Positions 23,587 through 34,017 of a stretch of DNA of 64,000 bases are shown here, piece by piece (the first letter of the stretch is position 1; every line of letters begins with the position of its first letter). The position numbers and the translations under genes are program-made. The notes below the pieces were generated by a model, which was given only the letters and a program-made list of their open reading frames with translations, ran no database searches and was not told where the DNA came from. The DNA comes from a virus. The stretch is from the IMG/VR virus record IMGVR_UViG_3300032093_000012, positions 103,476 through 167,475 of that record; one strand, given 5' to 3'.

Positions 23587-24750
23587 TCAGCTAACGAGTT
23601 CATACTCTCTTACCTTCTGTTTATATTCTTTAACACTCATACTATGCATATCTAAAACAAAACTGTCTGCTGGATGGTGATTAATTCTATTAAAAGAATC
23701 AACAAGACCAAGTGTTAACATTGATTTCTGACGACCAAAAGGATGATCTTTTATTCGACACGAAGACCAGATGGCATCACGATCTAGATGATCGTAATCT
23801 GCACCTGGCTTTATATAATTTTCAACCCAACGAATAAAGTCACAACAAACGTCTTCTGCATTGTATGGATAAGCACCGGTGTCTTCATAGATTTTATCCA
23901 TTACTGCATCTAAGAACTGTTCTTGTTTTAGTTTCTTGGTATTCACTGCAAGATAAGAGATACATTCTACAGCATTTGATCCATAATAGAAAGGACTTTC
24001 TTTATTAACATATTGTGGATACCAGTCAGCAATATCTGCAACTACAGCAGCATACTGAAAATGATACTGTTTAAGACCATTTGCTACGTTCCACTTCAAC
24101 ATGAAGTCGCCGATTTCACGCAGATCTTTTCTTGCATTACTCTTTTCTAAGAATTCTGCTAAGTCTCTTGCAAGTCTAGGAGCAAACTCTGTAAGATAGT
24201 AGTCACCTGCTCTTTTATAACCAACTGGAGGTTTAGGAAACTGAGGAAACTGATATCCAACAGAAGTATAAAAAGATGTAGGATAGTTATTCACCATCTT
24301 AGTCATCTCTTCAATAGTCTTACAGTTATATAAGTTAAATAAAATGGTATTGTGATAACCAGAAGGTTTAAAGGAATAATTAATACCAGATCCACACACT
24401 CTATGTAAAATGAATATGTAAAGCCATTCAGCTAATTTAAAGTCTGCGTGTTTTCCAGTCCAATCTTTGGCTACCACTTCACGTTGACGCGTATAGAATC
24501 CTTGTTCCATCTTGTGCCAATATGGATGTTCTGGTGTCCATCCGTAAAAAACGTCGTTGACGATTTGCGAGAATCCTGCAAACTTTCGCTCAACAACATC
24601 GTAGAGCTCGACATTCTCGAGTAAATCATCTCCCATACAGGAATTCTTGTATGATATCGTACCAAGATTGCACTTAGCTTGCTGATCTCTGGCGAGATTA
24701 AAGTACCTAATATACTCATCATAGTACTCCGTTGTTTCAAGTGTTGACAT
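23587..24750 (-). CDS. aGPT-Pplase/amino acid:DNA transferase-like protein (paralog 1)
   Basis: YDVVERK, YYGSNA, AEDVCCDFIRW; adjacent to PLP enzyme and TS-family gene. Confidence 0.55.
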   Translation of the reverse strand: MSTLETTEYYDEYIRYFNLARDQQAKCNLGTISYKNSCMGDDLLENVELYDVVERKFAGFSQIVNDVFYGWTPEHPYWHKMEQGFYTRQREVVAKDWTGKHADFKLAEWLYIFILHRVCGSGINYSFKPSGYHNTILFNLYNCKTIEEMTKMVNNYPTSFYTSVGYQFPQFPKPPVGYKRAGDYYLTEFAPRLARDLAEFLEKSNARKDLREIGDFMLKWNVANGLKQYHFQYAAVVADIADWYPQYVNKESPFYYGSNAVECISYLAVNTKKLKQEQFLDAVMDKIYEDTGAYPYNAEDVCCDFIRWVENYIKPGADYDHLDRDAIWSSCRIKDHPFGRQKSMLTLGLVDSFNRINHHPADSFVLDMHSMSVKEYKQKVREYELVS

Positions 24751-25150
24751 ATATTCTTAGTCTTTCAATCATGGCTTTTTCATAATCTTTATTATTAAGA
24801 TTACGATTTCGCGGAGAAGGATGATCAATCTTAAAATGATCGACGTTGTATTTAGTGCACACACGACTAACAAAGTTACCAAGAGCTATAACTTTTGTCT
24901 TATTTTTCGTGCGTGTGATTAAAAGATCGCTATTAACATCATTAATAGAATAGCTATTAATCTTATCAGGAATAACGTTATGAAAGTCCCATTCATGAAG
25001 ACCAACTTCATCACACCAACTTTTAAGTCTAGCAAAAGTGCCATTCTTAAAAGGTTGTGTTTTACTAGAAGGACACTGTCCTAATATGATAACTTCATCT
25101 GATATGACATGATCTTCAAGAAAGTTCAATACGTTTTTCATCATATGCAT
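24737..25150 (-). CDS. uracil-DNA glycosylase-like fold protein
   Basis: ILGQCPS, IALG, HPSPRN. Confidence 0.65.
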   Translation of the reverse strand: MHMMKNVLNFLEDHVISDEVIILGQCPSSKTQPFKNGTFARLKSWCDEVGLHEWDFHNVIPDKINSYSINDVNSDLLITRTKNKTKVIALGNFVSRVCTKYNVDHFKIDHPSPRNRNLNNKDYEKAMIERLRIYVNT

Positions 25151-25583
25151 GAAATACTACACCTGTTTCAGAAAACATCTTTGATGTATCTTCGAACGAT
25201 GCTTGCCATCTATCAGTAGTATCTGAAGGATAACACATGAATACACGTTTGACACCGACCTGTATGACTCCTTTTGCGCAATCCGAACAGACTGGCAAAC
25301 CATAGACATACAGATCGGAGTCTTTTAAAGATACACCATTTAAACATGCATTGTATATGCAATTCATCTCTGCATGAACAACATATTTTAATTTCGTGGG
25401 ACGATCATTTAATCTATTTTCGTTGTCATCCATATTTCGTGGGAAACCATTATAACCCTGCGAAAGGATTTGACCTTGATTACCAACAGTCACAGCTCCA
25501 ACTTTTGTGCTAGGATCTTTCGACCATTGCGCAATGCTTTTAGCTAACTGAAGATATCGTTTATCCCACTTATGTATAATCAT
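25116..25583 (-). CDS. cd: dCMP deaminase
   Basis: SKDPST, GYNG, HAE, PVCSDC. Confidence 0.93.
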   Translation of the reverse strand: MIIHKWDKRYLQLAKSIAQWSKDPSTKVGAVTVGNQGQILSQGYNGFPRNMDDNENRLNDRPTKLKYVVHAEMNCIYNACLNGVSLKDSDLYVYGLPVCSDCAKGVIQVGVKRVFMCYPSDTTDRWQASFEDTSKMFSETGVVFHAYDEKRIELS

Positions 25584-26236
25584 TTTACTAGATCGAAATG
25601 ACGTTCATAGACATGAAGGCTACCAACATTCCAATGAATATCACCACGTTGTACACCAAGATCAAGACACAGCTTGTCTAATACATGTGATTGCCATGCA
25701 TAATCGTTCTTATATCCAAACACAACATCGTTAGAACGCATCTGTACAACAGCATGAAGAGCATTATATCTGATCATGTATTGCACAGCATTAGTGCACA
25801 TAAAATCAGACCTACCATCAAAATTATAATCTTTCCACATCTCTGGACGTGTATAGATCATAGTAGCTCTGCGCGATTCTGGATTTTTATCCAGTTCACG
25901 CTTAACATGTTCATATTGGTAATTGTTTTCTGGAGACCAGATGCACCAACCATAATTAGAATTGATATATCCTTGACTATCTGCTACCTGCTTCCAGATA
26001 GCAGGAGGACCACCGGGAATATCATTAACGTTAAGAGACATAGACTCATACCATTCGAGTTCACGCTCTACGTAGTCGTAATTGACATTACCAAAAATGG
26101 CTTTCTCGTCGGCAACAAAGTTTGCACCGACGAGCTCAATCATCTTAACACCAGTCTTATCAGTAACAAAAAGCTTCTGACGAAGAAGCTCTTTGAAGTG
26201 TTGTCTGATATCTTCAACGGTGTTTCTCATATGCAT
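25580..26236 (-). CDS. g42: dCMP hydroxymethylase (T4 gp42-like, thymidylate synthase fold)
   Basis: NSNYGW, DFMCTN, MRSNDVVFGYKNDYAWQ, SLHVY closely match recalled T4 gp42 motifs, including the cytosine-specifying Asp. Confidence 0.85.
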   Translation of the reverse strand: MHMRNTVEDIRQHFKELLRQKLFVTDKTGVKMIELVGANFVADEKAIFGNVNYDYVERELEWYESMSLNVNDIPGGPPAIWKQVADSQGYINSNYGWCIWSPENNYQYEHVKRELDKNPESRRATMIYTRPEMWKDYNFDGRSDFMCTNAVQYMIRYNALHAVVQMRSNDVVFGYKNDYAWQSHVLDKLCLDLGVQRGDIHWNVGSLHVYERHFDLVK

Positions 26237-26239
26237 CTA

Positions 26240-26647
26240 TTATTCTCCTACTGGAACAGATACACTCATGATGCCATATTGATTGACATTAGACTGTGTA
26301 GTTTCAGAGACATGAATCTTGCGATTAAGGAAGTCACGATCTGTTCGTTGGCCTTCGATCTTACCACGAAGATAAGAAACAAAGAATGATGCATAATTAA
26401 TCAAGTCTTTAGCAGAATCTTCAAGAGATTCAAAGTTCGGAGAATAATTAGGATCGTTTTGCATAGCTTCCATGACTGACTGCATACGAAGCATTTTACC
26501 ATTCATGATATCATGAATTGTAGCACAACCGTTTGTATAATAGTCTGCCTGTAAGATACGAGAGTTTTTGTTTTGATAATCGTTTGCTTTTGCGTTTTGC
26601 AACGCAATGCATTCACTCAAAACTTGTACTGAATGGCGCTCTGTCAT
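26240..26647 (-). CDS. nucleotide-modification-associated domain (Nmad1/DUF1599-like) protein
   Basis: KANDY...SLEDS..DLINY. Confidence 0.6.
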   Translation of the reverse strand: MTERHSVQVLSECIALQNAKANDYQNKNSRILQADYYTNGCATIHDIMNGKMLRMQSVMEAMQNDPNYSPNFESLEDSAKDLINYASFFVSYLRGKIEGQRTDRDFLNRKIHVSETTQSNVNQYGIMSVSVPVGE

Positions 26648-27089
26648 TTTCACCTCTTATAATAAAGTTAGAATCAGTGTAGTTACGTAGTGTTCTTTCA
26701 ACATCATTATCACGAATTACGCAGAACTTACGCATTCGATCTTTTGGATAGAATCTCTTTATACCACCATTAAATGATTCTGTAAAATGGTATTTTTCAA
26801 TAGCTTCATAAACTATGATAGGATTACCATAGTCCGGAATCTCTACGAAAAAGAGTCTATCTACGTTATCAAGCTTTTTCCACTGACTTGGTTCCATGCA
26901 AAAAGCCTTAAACTTCTTGATAAGTGTGAGTGTTTTTACTTCAACGGTCTCACCCTCCACCATCATATCTTTAATACGATCGTATTGGTTTTCGCTCATC
27001 ATGACCTGAAGCCCAAGAGCTTCAAGACTAGTCTTCACGATGTTTTCACCAAGAGCACCAACGATCTTGATATCAGTATCTCTAGACAT
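26613..27089 (-). CDS. hypothetical protein, possible PD-(D/E)XK fold
   Basis: GALGE...D...VEVK pattern. Confidence 0.5.
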   Translation of the reverse strand: MSRDTDIKIVGALGENIVKTSLEALGLQVMMSENQYDRIKDMMVEGETVEVKTLTLIKKFKAFCMEPSQWKKLDNVDRLFFVEIPDYGNPIIVYEAIEKYHFTESFNGGIKRFYPKDRMRKFCVIRDNDVERTLRNYTDSNFIIRGENDRAPFSTSFE

Positions 27090-27487
27090 TAGAAGATCTC
27101 TTTAAGTTTGCCTTCATTATCGGCATGTGAAGGAGCAACCCAACCAGCTGGCTTAATAAGATCTGGCAAGCCAAGAGGATTAGGACGTGACTCTTTAACA
27201 CCAACTTCTTTATTCATGTTTGCAATCAAGACCGCATCCCATGCTTTATGAGAGTCAACACCAAAACCGTCAAGTGTACCAATGGCTACAACGCATAGAT
27301 CAATAAGTGCATCTACAACATCATCAGCATTGGTAGCAGTTTTAAGTTCGGTAAGTTCTTCTTCCAAGAAACGAACTCTAAACTCAAGAAACTTCTTGAG
27401 AGTATCAGCATCCATCTTTGCAACTACTGGATGAACACCATACTTCTCATGCATCATAGCAATATCAAAAGCCCAATCTCTACTCAT
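27089..27487 (-). CDS. MazG-like all-alpha NTP pyrophosphohydrolase
   Basis: EELTE...DALID, ANMNK, LIKPAGW. Confidence 0.75.
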   Translation of the reverse strand: MSRDWAFDIAMMHEKYGVHPVVAKMDADTLKKFLEFRVRFLEEELTELKTATNADDVVDALIDLCVVAIGTLDGFGVDSHKAWDAVLIANMNKEVGVKESRPNPLGLPDLIKPAGWVAPSHADNEGKLKEIF

Positions 27488-28020
27488 ATAATCCACTCCG
27501 GGGGTTGTCGATTAGTCCACTTGTGCATAGTGGCTTTACCAATCTTATAATAGTTTCTGTAATTTGTTAATGGGTCATTACTAATTTTATATTCATCAGC
27601 CATAGCAGATGGCATAAGTGTCCAGTAATAATCTTTTAACTTATGTGGAGGTGACTGAAGCATATAACTGAGGTCACCAAAGCAAGCGTGTTTTTTAGTA
27701 TAGCGATGTGTGTATTCGTCCATGAGTGCAAAGAAATGTTCGACAAGCCAAGAGTAATTTTCTACTGACTGACGACACCACACTGCAGATGGATGATTAA
27801 TATGTGTAGCCTGATACAATACGTCTTGACGACCATCATGAAGGATCCAGCGTTTAGCTTTACGACCAGTTTTAGATGTACCTTCAATCTGTGTACCATC
27901 AAGCAAGCGGTGCGCAGTAGATAAAAGTTGTGCTGACTCAAGAATCATCTTGACAACATGCTTATCTACCATGCTTTGCGCTGCTTTTACAGGATCAGTA
28001 TCAATGTAGAATATGTTCAC
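27484..28020 (-). CDS. pyrimidine-dimer glycosylase (DenV)-like family protein
   Basis: MNIFY.D.DP...DKHVVKMILESAQLLSTAH, HINHPSAVW. Confidence 0.7.
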   Translation of the reverse strand: MNIFYIDTDPVKAAQSMVDKHVVKMILESAQLLSTAHRLLDGTQIEGTSKTGRKAKRWILHDGRQDVLYQATHINHPSAVWCRQSVENYSWLVEHFFALMDEYTHRYTKKHACFGDLSYMLQSPPHKLKDYYWTLMPSAMADEYKISNDPLTNYRNYYKIGKATMHKWTNRQPPEWII

Positions 28021-28196
28021 TCACCAGCTCCCATCATCAAGTACTATGCTTATTCTGACCATTATAACCTTAATGACAAGAAAGTACATAGCTGGATCCA
28101 TAGTTGTTGGACCGCCATACTCGAGATGGAATCCCCATGAGAATGGGTTCAGATTAATAGCTACCTGTATATTACTGAATTTTAAGTAGTTCCACA

Positions 28197-28670
28197 TTAC
28201 TTGACTTTCTTAAAAGCCTTTTCACGATGAAAGCGGTTTGCACGTGTATAAAATAATACACCGTTTAAATGATCTAATTCATGTTGAAATACACGCGCAG
28301 TCATGCCTGTGAATTGCTGTGTTACTGTTTCACCCGTAGGGCTTTGAAATCTAACACGCACGTGTCTTGGTCTCTTTATTTTAACAATTAATCTTGGAAA
28401 TGACAGGCATGATTCTTCAAGAGTTATAACTTCTTCTGAAGGCATGACTACTCTGGGGTTAAAACACACGAAGTCAGCAGGTTTCCCTCTCATAGCAAAA
28501 ATCTTATATGATACACCAACTTGATTTGCGGCAAGTCCAATACCGTTGTTATCATACATATTTTGTACTAAGTTTTTAGAAAACTCAATAGGATCGAATG
28601 GAGGATTTGCAAAATCAAATTCTTCACATTCTTTTTTCAAGATAGGATCATCACCAATAACTAAATTCAT
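28197..28670 (-). CDS. def: peptide deformylase
   Basis: GIGLAANQVG, EESCLS, QHELDHL. Confidence 0.93.
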   Translation of the reverse strand: MNLVIGDDPILKKECEEFDFANPPFDPIEFSKNLVQNMYDNNGIGLAANQVGVSYKIFAMRGKPADFVCFNPRVVMPSEEVITLEESCLSFPRLIVKIKRPRHVRVRFQSPTGETVTQQFTGMTARVFQHELDHLNGVLFYTRANRFHREKAFKKVK

Positions 28671-28681
28671 TTTTTATTATC

Positions 28682-29323
28682 CTATAATTTAACTAAACAC
28701 ACCATACACTTGTCAAAAAAGGAAGAGAAATTATTCAAGTTTGTTTTATTATTCAATATAGACATATTTTCTTCTGTTAAAGTATGGCCAAAATTTTCTT
28801 TTATCCAACGAGGACTAAAATATTCCCATCTCTGATCATGCTTTTGTGCAAAACGACTATACTTATCATTTAAGATCATGATTTCGCTCATCATCTTAGC
28901 ATTACCTTCGTATGTTTCATAGCTAGGATATTTTGTAATAAAACCACCATGATTATTCCACCAAGCAAAACAATCTGTATCAGGTCTCATAACCATTAGC
29001 AACCAATTGCCTTTACTTTTTTCTTTAAGCTCATCAAGCATATAAGCCCAATCGTGACCTTTAACAAACTTGCCAGGACTATATTGATCATCAAAAGCTG
29101 TATTGATATACGAATCTTGAACACTTATATCAAATTCATATTTTCTAAATGGTAAAGCAAAATAAGAACCATGATGTCCTTGAAAGACATTGTGATCATA
29201 ATGACGATTTGGATTTCTATCTGTTATATTTGCTAGTGGGTGTGTTTCTAAAAGATGTGTAACACTAGTCCATTTAGATCCGGGTGCACCAGTAATAAAA
29301 ATTTTGTCTGGTAATTCTATCAT
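28682..29323 (-). CDS. sulfotransferase-like P-loop protein (GAPGSxW family)
   Basis: ITGAPGSKW, HxGSYF, VKGH; paralog of 53622 and 55129. Confidence 0.6.
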   Translation of the reverse strand: MIELPDKIFITGAPGSKWTSVTHLLETHPLANITDRNPNRHYDHNVFQGHHGSYFALPFRKYEFDISVQDSYINTAFDDQYSPGKFVKGHDWAYMLDELKEKSKGNWLLMVMRPDTDCFAWWNNHGGFITKYPSYETYEGNAKMMSEIMILNDKYSRFAQKHDQRWEYFSPRWIKENFGHTLTEENMSILNNKTNLNNFSSFFDKCMVCLVKL

Positions 29324-29387
29324 GATTTCCTTATAGCATGTTGTCATTTCATTGTCTAAATTTCTAGCATCAAACATCATTACATAT

Positions 29388-29975
29388 TCACCACGATTTA
29401 TGATTTTTTTTAATATAGATATCTGCTTCTTGATATTTTTTTTCTGATATAAGTTCTTTAAGATTATGTCTTTGAAGATTTATAAAAGAAATAACATTTT
29501 TCTTATCTTCTATTCTTAATAGTTCTTTTTCAATAATATCATCGGCAGAATAGTTATTCGAATCCAGTTCGATTAAATTCTTTATAATAGATCCAATAAT
29601 TTTAGTTTCTTTATAAGTTTTAATTTCATCTATAATATATGTGTCATACATTATATCTATAGGTGATTTAGCATAAAATCTAGTGTATCTCAGAATAAAA
29701 TTTTCAAATTTTTCCCAAAGATCTAACTCTATAGCTTCTTCTTGACATTTCTGTAGAATATTAGGTGAATATTGTTGTCTAAATACAATCACCTCTTCAC
29801 CATCTCTAGTATTCCACCCATAGTTATGAATATCATTAAATACTTCTGGCTTTATATGACCATCATAAATGATGTAATCAAATTCTCTAATAGGAATATA
29901 CCAGTGCTTGTATTCACGTATTCCTATGATTCTTTTATCATTGCCACGATATATGTAATATCTATTAGATTCCAT
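29388..29975 (-). CDS. hypothetical protein
   Basis: AT-rich ORF with GAGG RBS. Confidence 0.6.
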   Translation of the reverse strand: MESNRYYIYRGNDKRIIGIREYKHWYIPIREFDYIIYDGHIKPEVFNDIHNYGWNTRDGEEVIVFRQQYSPNILQKCQEEAIELDLWEKFENFILRYTRFYAKSPIDIMYDTYIIDEIKTYKETKIIGSIIKNLIELDSNNYSADDIIEKELLRIEDKKNVISFINLQRHNLKELISEKKYQEADIYIKKNHKSW

Positions 29976-31044
29976 GATTAATACATCCTCTAAGATCATC
30001 AAGACCTATTTCATTGAAGTCTGTATCAATAGCAATATTCTTATCAAAATTGCTCCAGATAAATTGCAAACTTCCTACTTTTGGTTTTTTAAGATAATTT
30101 GTATGATTTGTATGCTTAACTATAAATTCTTTTGCTGTATATTTATAAGTGTTTAAAGTATTTTGTATTTTTTTATCTTGATTATCTAATGACCATCTTT
30201 GAAATTCTGGAGTATCAAAGAAGTGCATTATATGAGAGAACTTATTTTTAGGATCACTAAATCCTTTTTGAGCTAAATGTCTATATTTTACTAATTGCCA
30301 TTTGTTTGTAAAACTAAACCACCAAACAAAATCAAAACATGTTTTTATCTGAAACGGACAATATTCGAGTGTAGTCGAATACATATCAACAAATAAATCT
30401 ACATTTGGTCTAAATGTAGATCCAAAAAATCTTTTATAAAAATGATTAATATTATTTTTCCAAGGAAGATTTATAGCCTGTTCACCATACAAGTCGACTA
30501 ATGGAATAATAACATCGCTGCCGAATACTTGATCACCAAGTTCTCCAGTAATAATATATCCATCATCTAAAAACTTATCAGTATTTGTTAGTGAATTAAT
30601 AATTCTTCCTTTAAAAATCCTATTAATATCTTTCCACATATCAGGAAATTCTTCGATTGATCTATAAGACATTAAAATATGAAGTCTCTCTAGATCTTCT
30701 TTTGGCCATGAATTAATCATAGAAACTAAAGCAGTTGAACTGTCTATTCCACCACTATACATTAGATAAACTTTAGAGTTATTTGTTTTATTTTTTATAT
30801 CAATAGCTCTGCTAAATGCTAAGTCTTCAAAAGAAGAGTTTACATTTTTGATTTTTAAAATATCTTCAATTGTTTCGCTAGCAACTACAGATTTAAATGG
30901 ATTAATTTGATCTGCAATTTCTAAGCTTACTCTATTAACTGCTTGTACCCATGGCAATTTAGATGTAGGTATCCACCTTGGTAGACCTAACTCTTTAGGC
31001 TTTGGATTATTACCACCAAAGTATAATAAAAGTTTCTTTTCCAT
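29965..31044 (-). CDS. asparagine-synthetase-like adenine-nucleotide alpha-hydrolase
   Basis: SGGIDS PP-loop, TGELGDQVFG. Confidence 0.65.
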   Translation of the reverse strand: MEKKLLLYFGGNNPKPKELGLPRWIPTSKLPWVQAVNRVSLEIADQINPFKSVVASETIEDILKIKNVNSSFEDLAFSRAIDIKNKTNNSKVYLMYSGGIDSSTALVSMINSWPKEDLERLHILMSYRSIEEFPDMWKDINRIFKGRIINSLTNTDKFLDDGYIITGELGDQVFGSDVIIPLVDLYGEQAINLPWKNNINHFYKRFFGSTFRPNVDLFVDMYSTTLEYCPFQIKTCFDFVWWFSFTNKWQLVKYRHLAQKGFSDPKNKFSHIMHFFDTPEFQRWSLDNQDKKIQNTLNTYKYTAKEFIVKHTNHTNYLKKPKVGSLQFIWSNFDKNIAIDTDFNEIGLDDLRGCINHGI

Positions 31045-32753
31045 TAAGCTGCTACCTTACTAAAGTTCTTGTGTTTTTCAAACTTAATAACAGATGTAAA
31101 CTTATCGTAGAATTGATCTGTCTTATGACTAATAATAAAAGTATTAGTATCAATAGCAAGTTGTGTTAATACTTTCATGAATTCTTCTGTACCATTAGAG
31201 TCAAGAGACGAATCCATTACTTCATCCATAATAAGAATGTTTGTAGAGATAGAGTTACGCAACTTAGCAACAGCACGCCACGTGAAAAGTATAGCAAGAT
31301 TAATACGCATCTTTTCTCCTTCTGAGAAAGATGCATAGCTAAACTCATCTCTAAATCTAGACTTAATAGTCTCGTTGAATTCTTCATTCAGTTCAAACTG
31401 TACAAAGAAGTCCATAGAAGACAAATACTTATTAATGAGTTTATTGATGATTGGTATATACTGTTTAATGATCTTAGCTTTGATGCCACCATCTTTTAAC
31501 AATACTGAAACTGCTTGATACGTTTGTTTTAAATCATGCAATTCACTCAATACATCTTCTGCTTCTTTAAGTTCATCAACAAGCTTATTTAGTTGATCAG
31601 AATTATCTTCTCTTACATTTTTTTGTATAGTATTAATTTCATTCTCTAGTTGTGTCCTATATTCAATTAAAGAAGAAATCTTTGTAGATATTTTATGTAT
31701 ATCCATTTTTGTGTTATTAATTTCAGTCTGGATATTCATCATCTCATTAATTTTATCATTAGTCTCTACATAGTTCTTAGCAACAACTTCTAAGTTATCT
31801 TCAAGTTCTTTGACGCGTTCTTGATTGCTCTGAACCATGTCACACTTAAATGTTTCATCAATCTCTTGCTTACATGTAGGACAATTATCATGATCAGTAA
31901 AGAACTTTATTTGTTCTTTCTGCGATGATAGATGTGCTTCGAACTTATGTTTAAGAGCTGTAAGTTTTTTCATTGAAGATGCTAGTTCTTTTTCATCAAC
32001 CATCTTCTCTTCAAGATCTTTTCTTTTATTCTCTAGTTTCCAATATTCATCATCTAATTCATTAATTTGTATATTAGTCTGTTCTTTACGTTCATTCTTC
32101 TCACTAATAATTTTTTCATTATTATTTTGTATCTCTATAAGATGCTTCTTAACAAGCTTCATCTTTTCTTCTATAATAGTCTTATTTGCTTCTTGCTTAA
32201 TAAGATCTTCAGCGTTTGTTACAATCTTTTGCTTAAGGATTGCATTCATACTTGTAAAGATCTGCAGATCTAATAGATCCTCAATAATCTCTCTGCGTTG
32301 ACCTGCGGGAAGAGACATAAATGGAACGAAAGAAGCTGAACCAAGCACAACTACTTGACAGAAAGACTTGAAGTTAATCTTCAAGATTTGTTTTTCCAAG
32401 ATATCTTGATAGTCTTTACTGTCGGCAGATTGATTTAATAAAGATCCATTCTGATAAACTTCAAATATATTTGGTTTTATACCCCTAACAATCTTATAGT
32501 TGTTAGATCCAATAGAGAATTCAATCTCTACTACAAGATCTTTTTTAGTAATAGAATTAAGAAGTAAAGGTTTATTAATCTTTCTAAAAGGTTTATTAAA
32601 CAATGCAAATGACAAAGCATCTAGCAAAGTTGATTTGCCAGCGCCATTTTCACCAACGATGAGTGTAGTTGCAGACTTATTAAGTTCTATTTCAGTAAAG
32701 ATATTACCTGTACTTAAGAAGTTTTTCCATCTAATCTTTTTAAAAACAATCAT
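31044..32753 (-). CDS. g46: recombination nuclease ATPase subunit gp46
   Basis: GENGAGKST, CPTC hook, FSEGE, MDE. Confidence 0.97.
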   Translation of the reverse strand: MIVFKKIRWKNFLSTGNIFTEIELNKSATTLIVGENGAGKSTLLDALSFALFNKPFRKINKPLLLNSITKKDLVVEIEFSIGSNNYKIVRGIKPNIFEVYQNGSLLNQSADSKDYQDILEKQILKINFKSFCQVVVLGSASFVPFMSLPAGQRREIIEDLLDLQIFTSMNAILKQKIVTNAEDLIKQEANKTIIEEKMKLVKKHLIEIQNNNEKIISEKNERKEQTNIQINELDDEYWKLENKRKDLEEKMVDEKELASSMKKLTALKHKFEAHLSSQKEQIKFFTDHDNCPTCKQEIDETFKCDMVQSNQERVKELEDNLEVVAKNYVETNDKINEMMNIQTEINNTKMDIHKISTKISSLIEYRTQLENEINTIQKNVREDNSDQLNKLVDELKEAEDVLSELHDLKQTYQAVSVLLKDGGIKAKIIKQYIPIINKLINKYLSSMDFFVQFELNEEFNETIKSRFRDEFSYASFSEGEKMRINLAILFTWRAVAKLRNSISTNILIMDEVMDSSLDSNGTEEFMKVLTQLAIDTNTFIISHKTDQFYDKFTSVIKFEKHKNFSKVAA

Positions 32754-33817
32754 TCAACAGACAATGCCTCATTGTATAGAGAGTGTACAGTATTTTCTAT
32801 TTTCTTTTTGATATCATCACTCGTATTAATTTGACTTATATACGTTTTAAAGATAGATAATGTATCTTCAGCTTCGTTAACAATATCTTCATCTTGTTCT
32901 AGATTTAGATTAAGATGGTCTTCAACTACTTGAAGTTCAAGAATACCGGACTTCTCTAAGTTATCAACAAACATATCAAACCAGTATGGGTTAGTCTTGT
33001 TTTGCACAATTACTTTTATAATTTTGTTTTTATACTTTTCATAATCACGAGAAGCAATATCTTCAATAGTATAATCAGTATCATTATACCATATCTTCTC
33101 AAATATAGTATATGGATTTCTAATAAATTTTAGTTCTCTCGTTTCAGTATCAAAGATATGAAATCCTTTAGGGTCATTATAATCGCTCCAAGTAAACTCA
33201 CCATGATTGCCAAGGTAATGAATATTGCCAGAAGAGGACTTATGATGATAATGACCAGAGCAAACAAGATCAAACTTATTAAAAATGCTAGCATCATCCC
33301 CGTGCGACACCATCGACCCCCGGTACATCTCGAATCCAGCAAGTTCCAGATGTCCAAAACAGACTTGCGCGTTTGTTCCACGAATCTTCTCCAGTGTTAG
33401 TTTTCTATTCTCATCACATATCCAAGGCATCATCAATATGATGAGACCATCGAAGTCTACTTCTCTTGGAAGCTGATCATAGATATGAAACGGGTATTGG
33501 CCCCTAACGAGTTCGTTAAGAGCATTTACAGAATTTGTGTTTTTATAGTATGTATCATGATTACCAGCCACAATATGAACATCGTAATTCTTTCCTGCAA
33601 TTGGGTCCAGAAAATCTTGTCGAAGACGCCTAGCAGTGTTAATATTAATGTACTTACGACGGTCAACAAGATCACCAAGATGGCAGATCGTTGATACTCC
33701 TTCCTGTTCCAGAGTAGGAAGAAAGATGCTGTCAATAAATTGTTTACTATTATCGAGAAAAGCAATCCCGTCATTGCGAACACCCCAATGCGTATCAGTA
33801 ATTAGAGCAATCTTCAA
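32750..33817 (-). CDS. g47: recombination nuclease subunit gp47
   Basis: DTH, GD, GNHD, GHYH. Confidence 0.97.
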   Translation of the reverse strand: MKIALITDTHWGVRNDGIAFLDNSKQFIDSIFLPTLEQEGVSTICHLGDLVDRRKYININTARRLRQDFLDPIAGKNYDVHIVAGNHDTYYKNTNSVNALNELVRGQYPFHIYDQLPREVDFDGLIILMMPWICDENRKLTLEKIRGTNAQVCFGHLELAGFEMYRGSMVSHGDDASIFNKFDLVCSGHYHHKSSSGNIHYLGNHGEFTWSDYNDPKGFHIFDTETRELKFIRNPYTIFEKIWYNDTDYTIEDIASRDYEKYKNKIIKVIVQNKTNPYWFDMFVDNLEKSGILELQVVEDHLNLNLEQDEDIVNEAEDTLSIFKTYISQINTSDDIKKKIENTVHSLYNEALSVE

Positions 33818-34017
33818 CGCATAGCTCTTGTGTTAGACTTATTAACTGGTCTAGCAGTATTATATTTCGTAACTGCTGCGTTACAATAATCACGAATTGC
33901 TTCGATCCTATGAATATAGTTTGTTCTTTCATTTTCATGTTTAGTTTCATTGAATGCACTTTCAACTAGATCCAGTACAACTTGTGGAACTAGATGCATA
34001 TTATGCTTTAAGTTCAT
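33814..34017 (-). CDS. hypothetical protein
   Basis: ORF between g55 and g47, GGAG RBS. Confidence 0.6.
   Translation of the reverse strand: MNLKHNMHLVPQVVLDLVESAFNETKHENERTNYIHRIEAIRDYCNAAVTKYNTARPVNKSNTRAMR

Noticed and set aside
25580-26236. canonical thymidylate synthase
   Set aside because: It has gp42-type motifs with Asp at the specificity position and lacks the PCH and PFN motifs.
25691-26389. 232-aa plus-strand ORF
   Set aside because: Antisense shadow of the hydroxymethylase and its neighbour.
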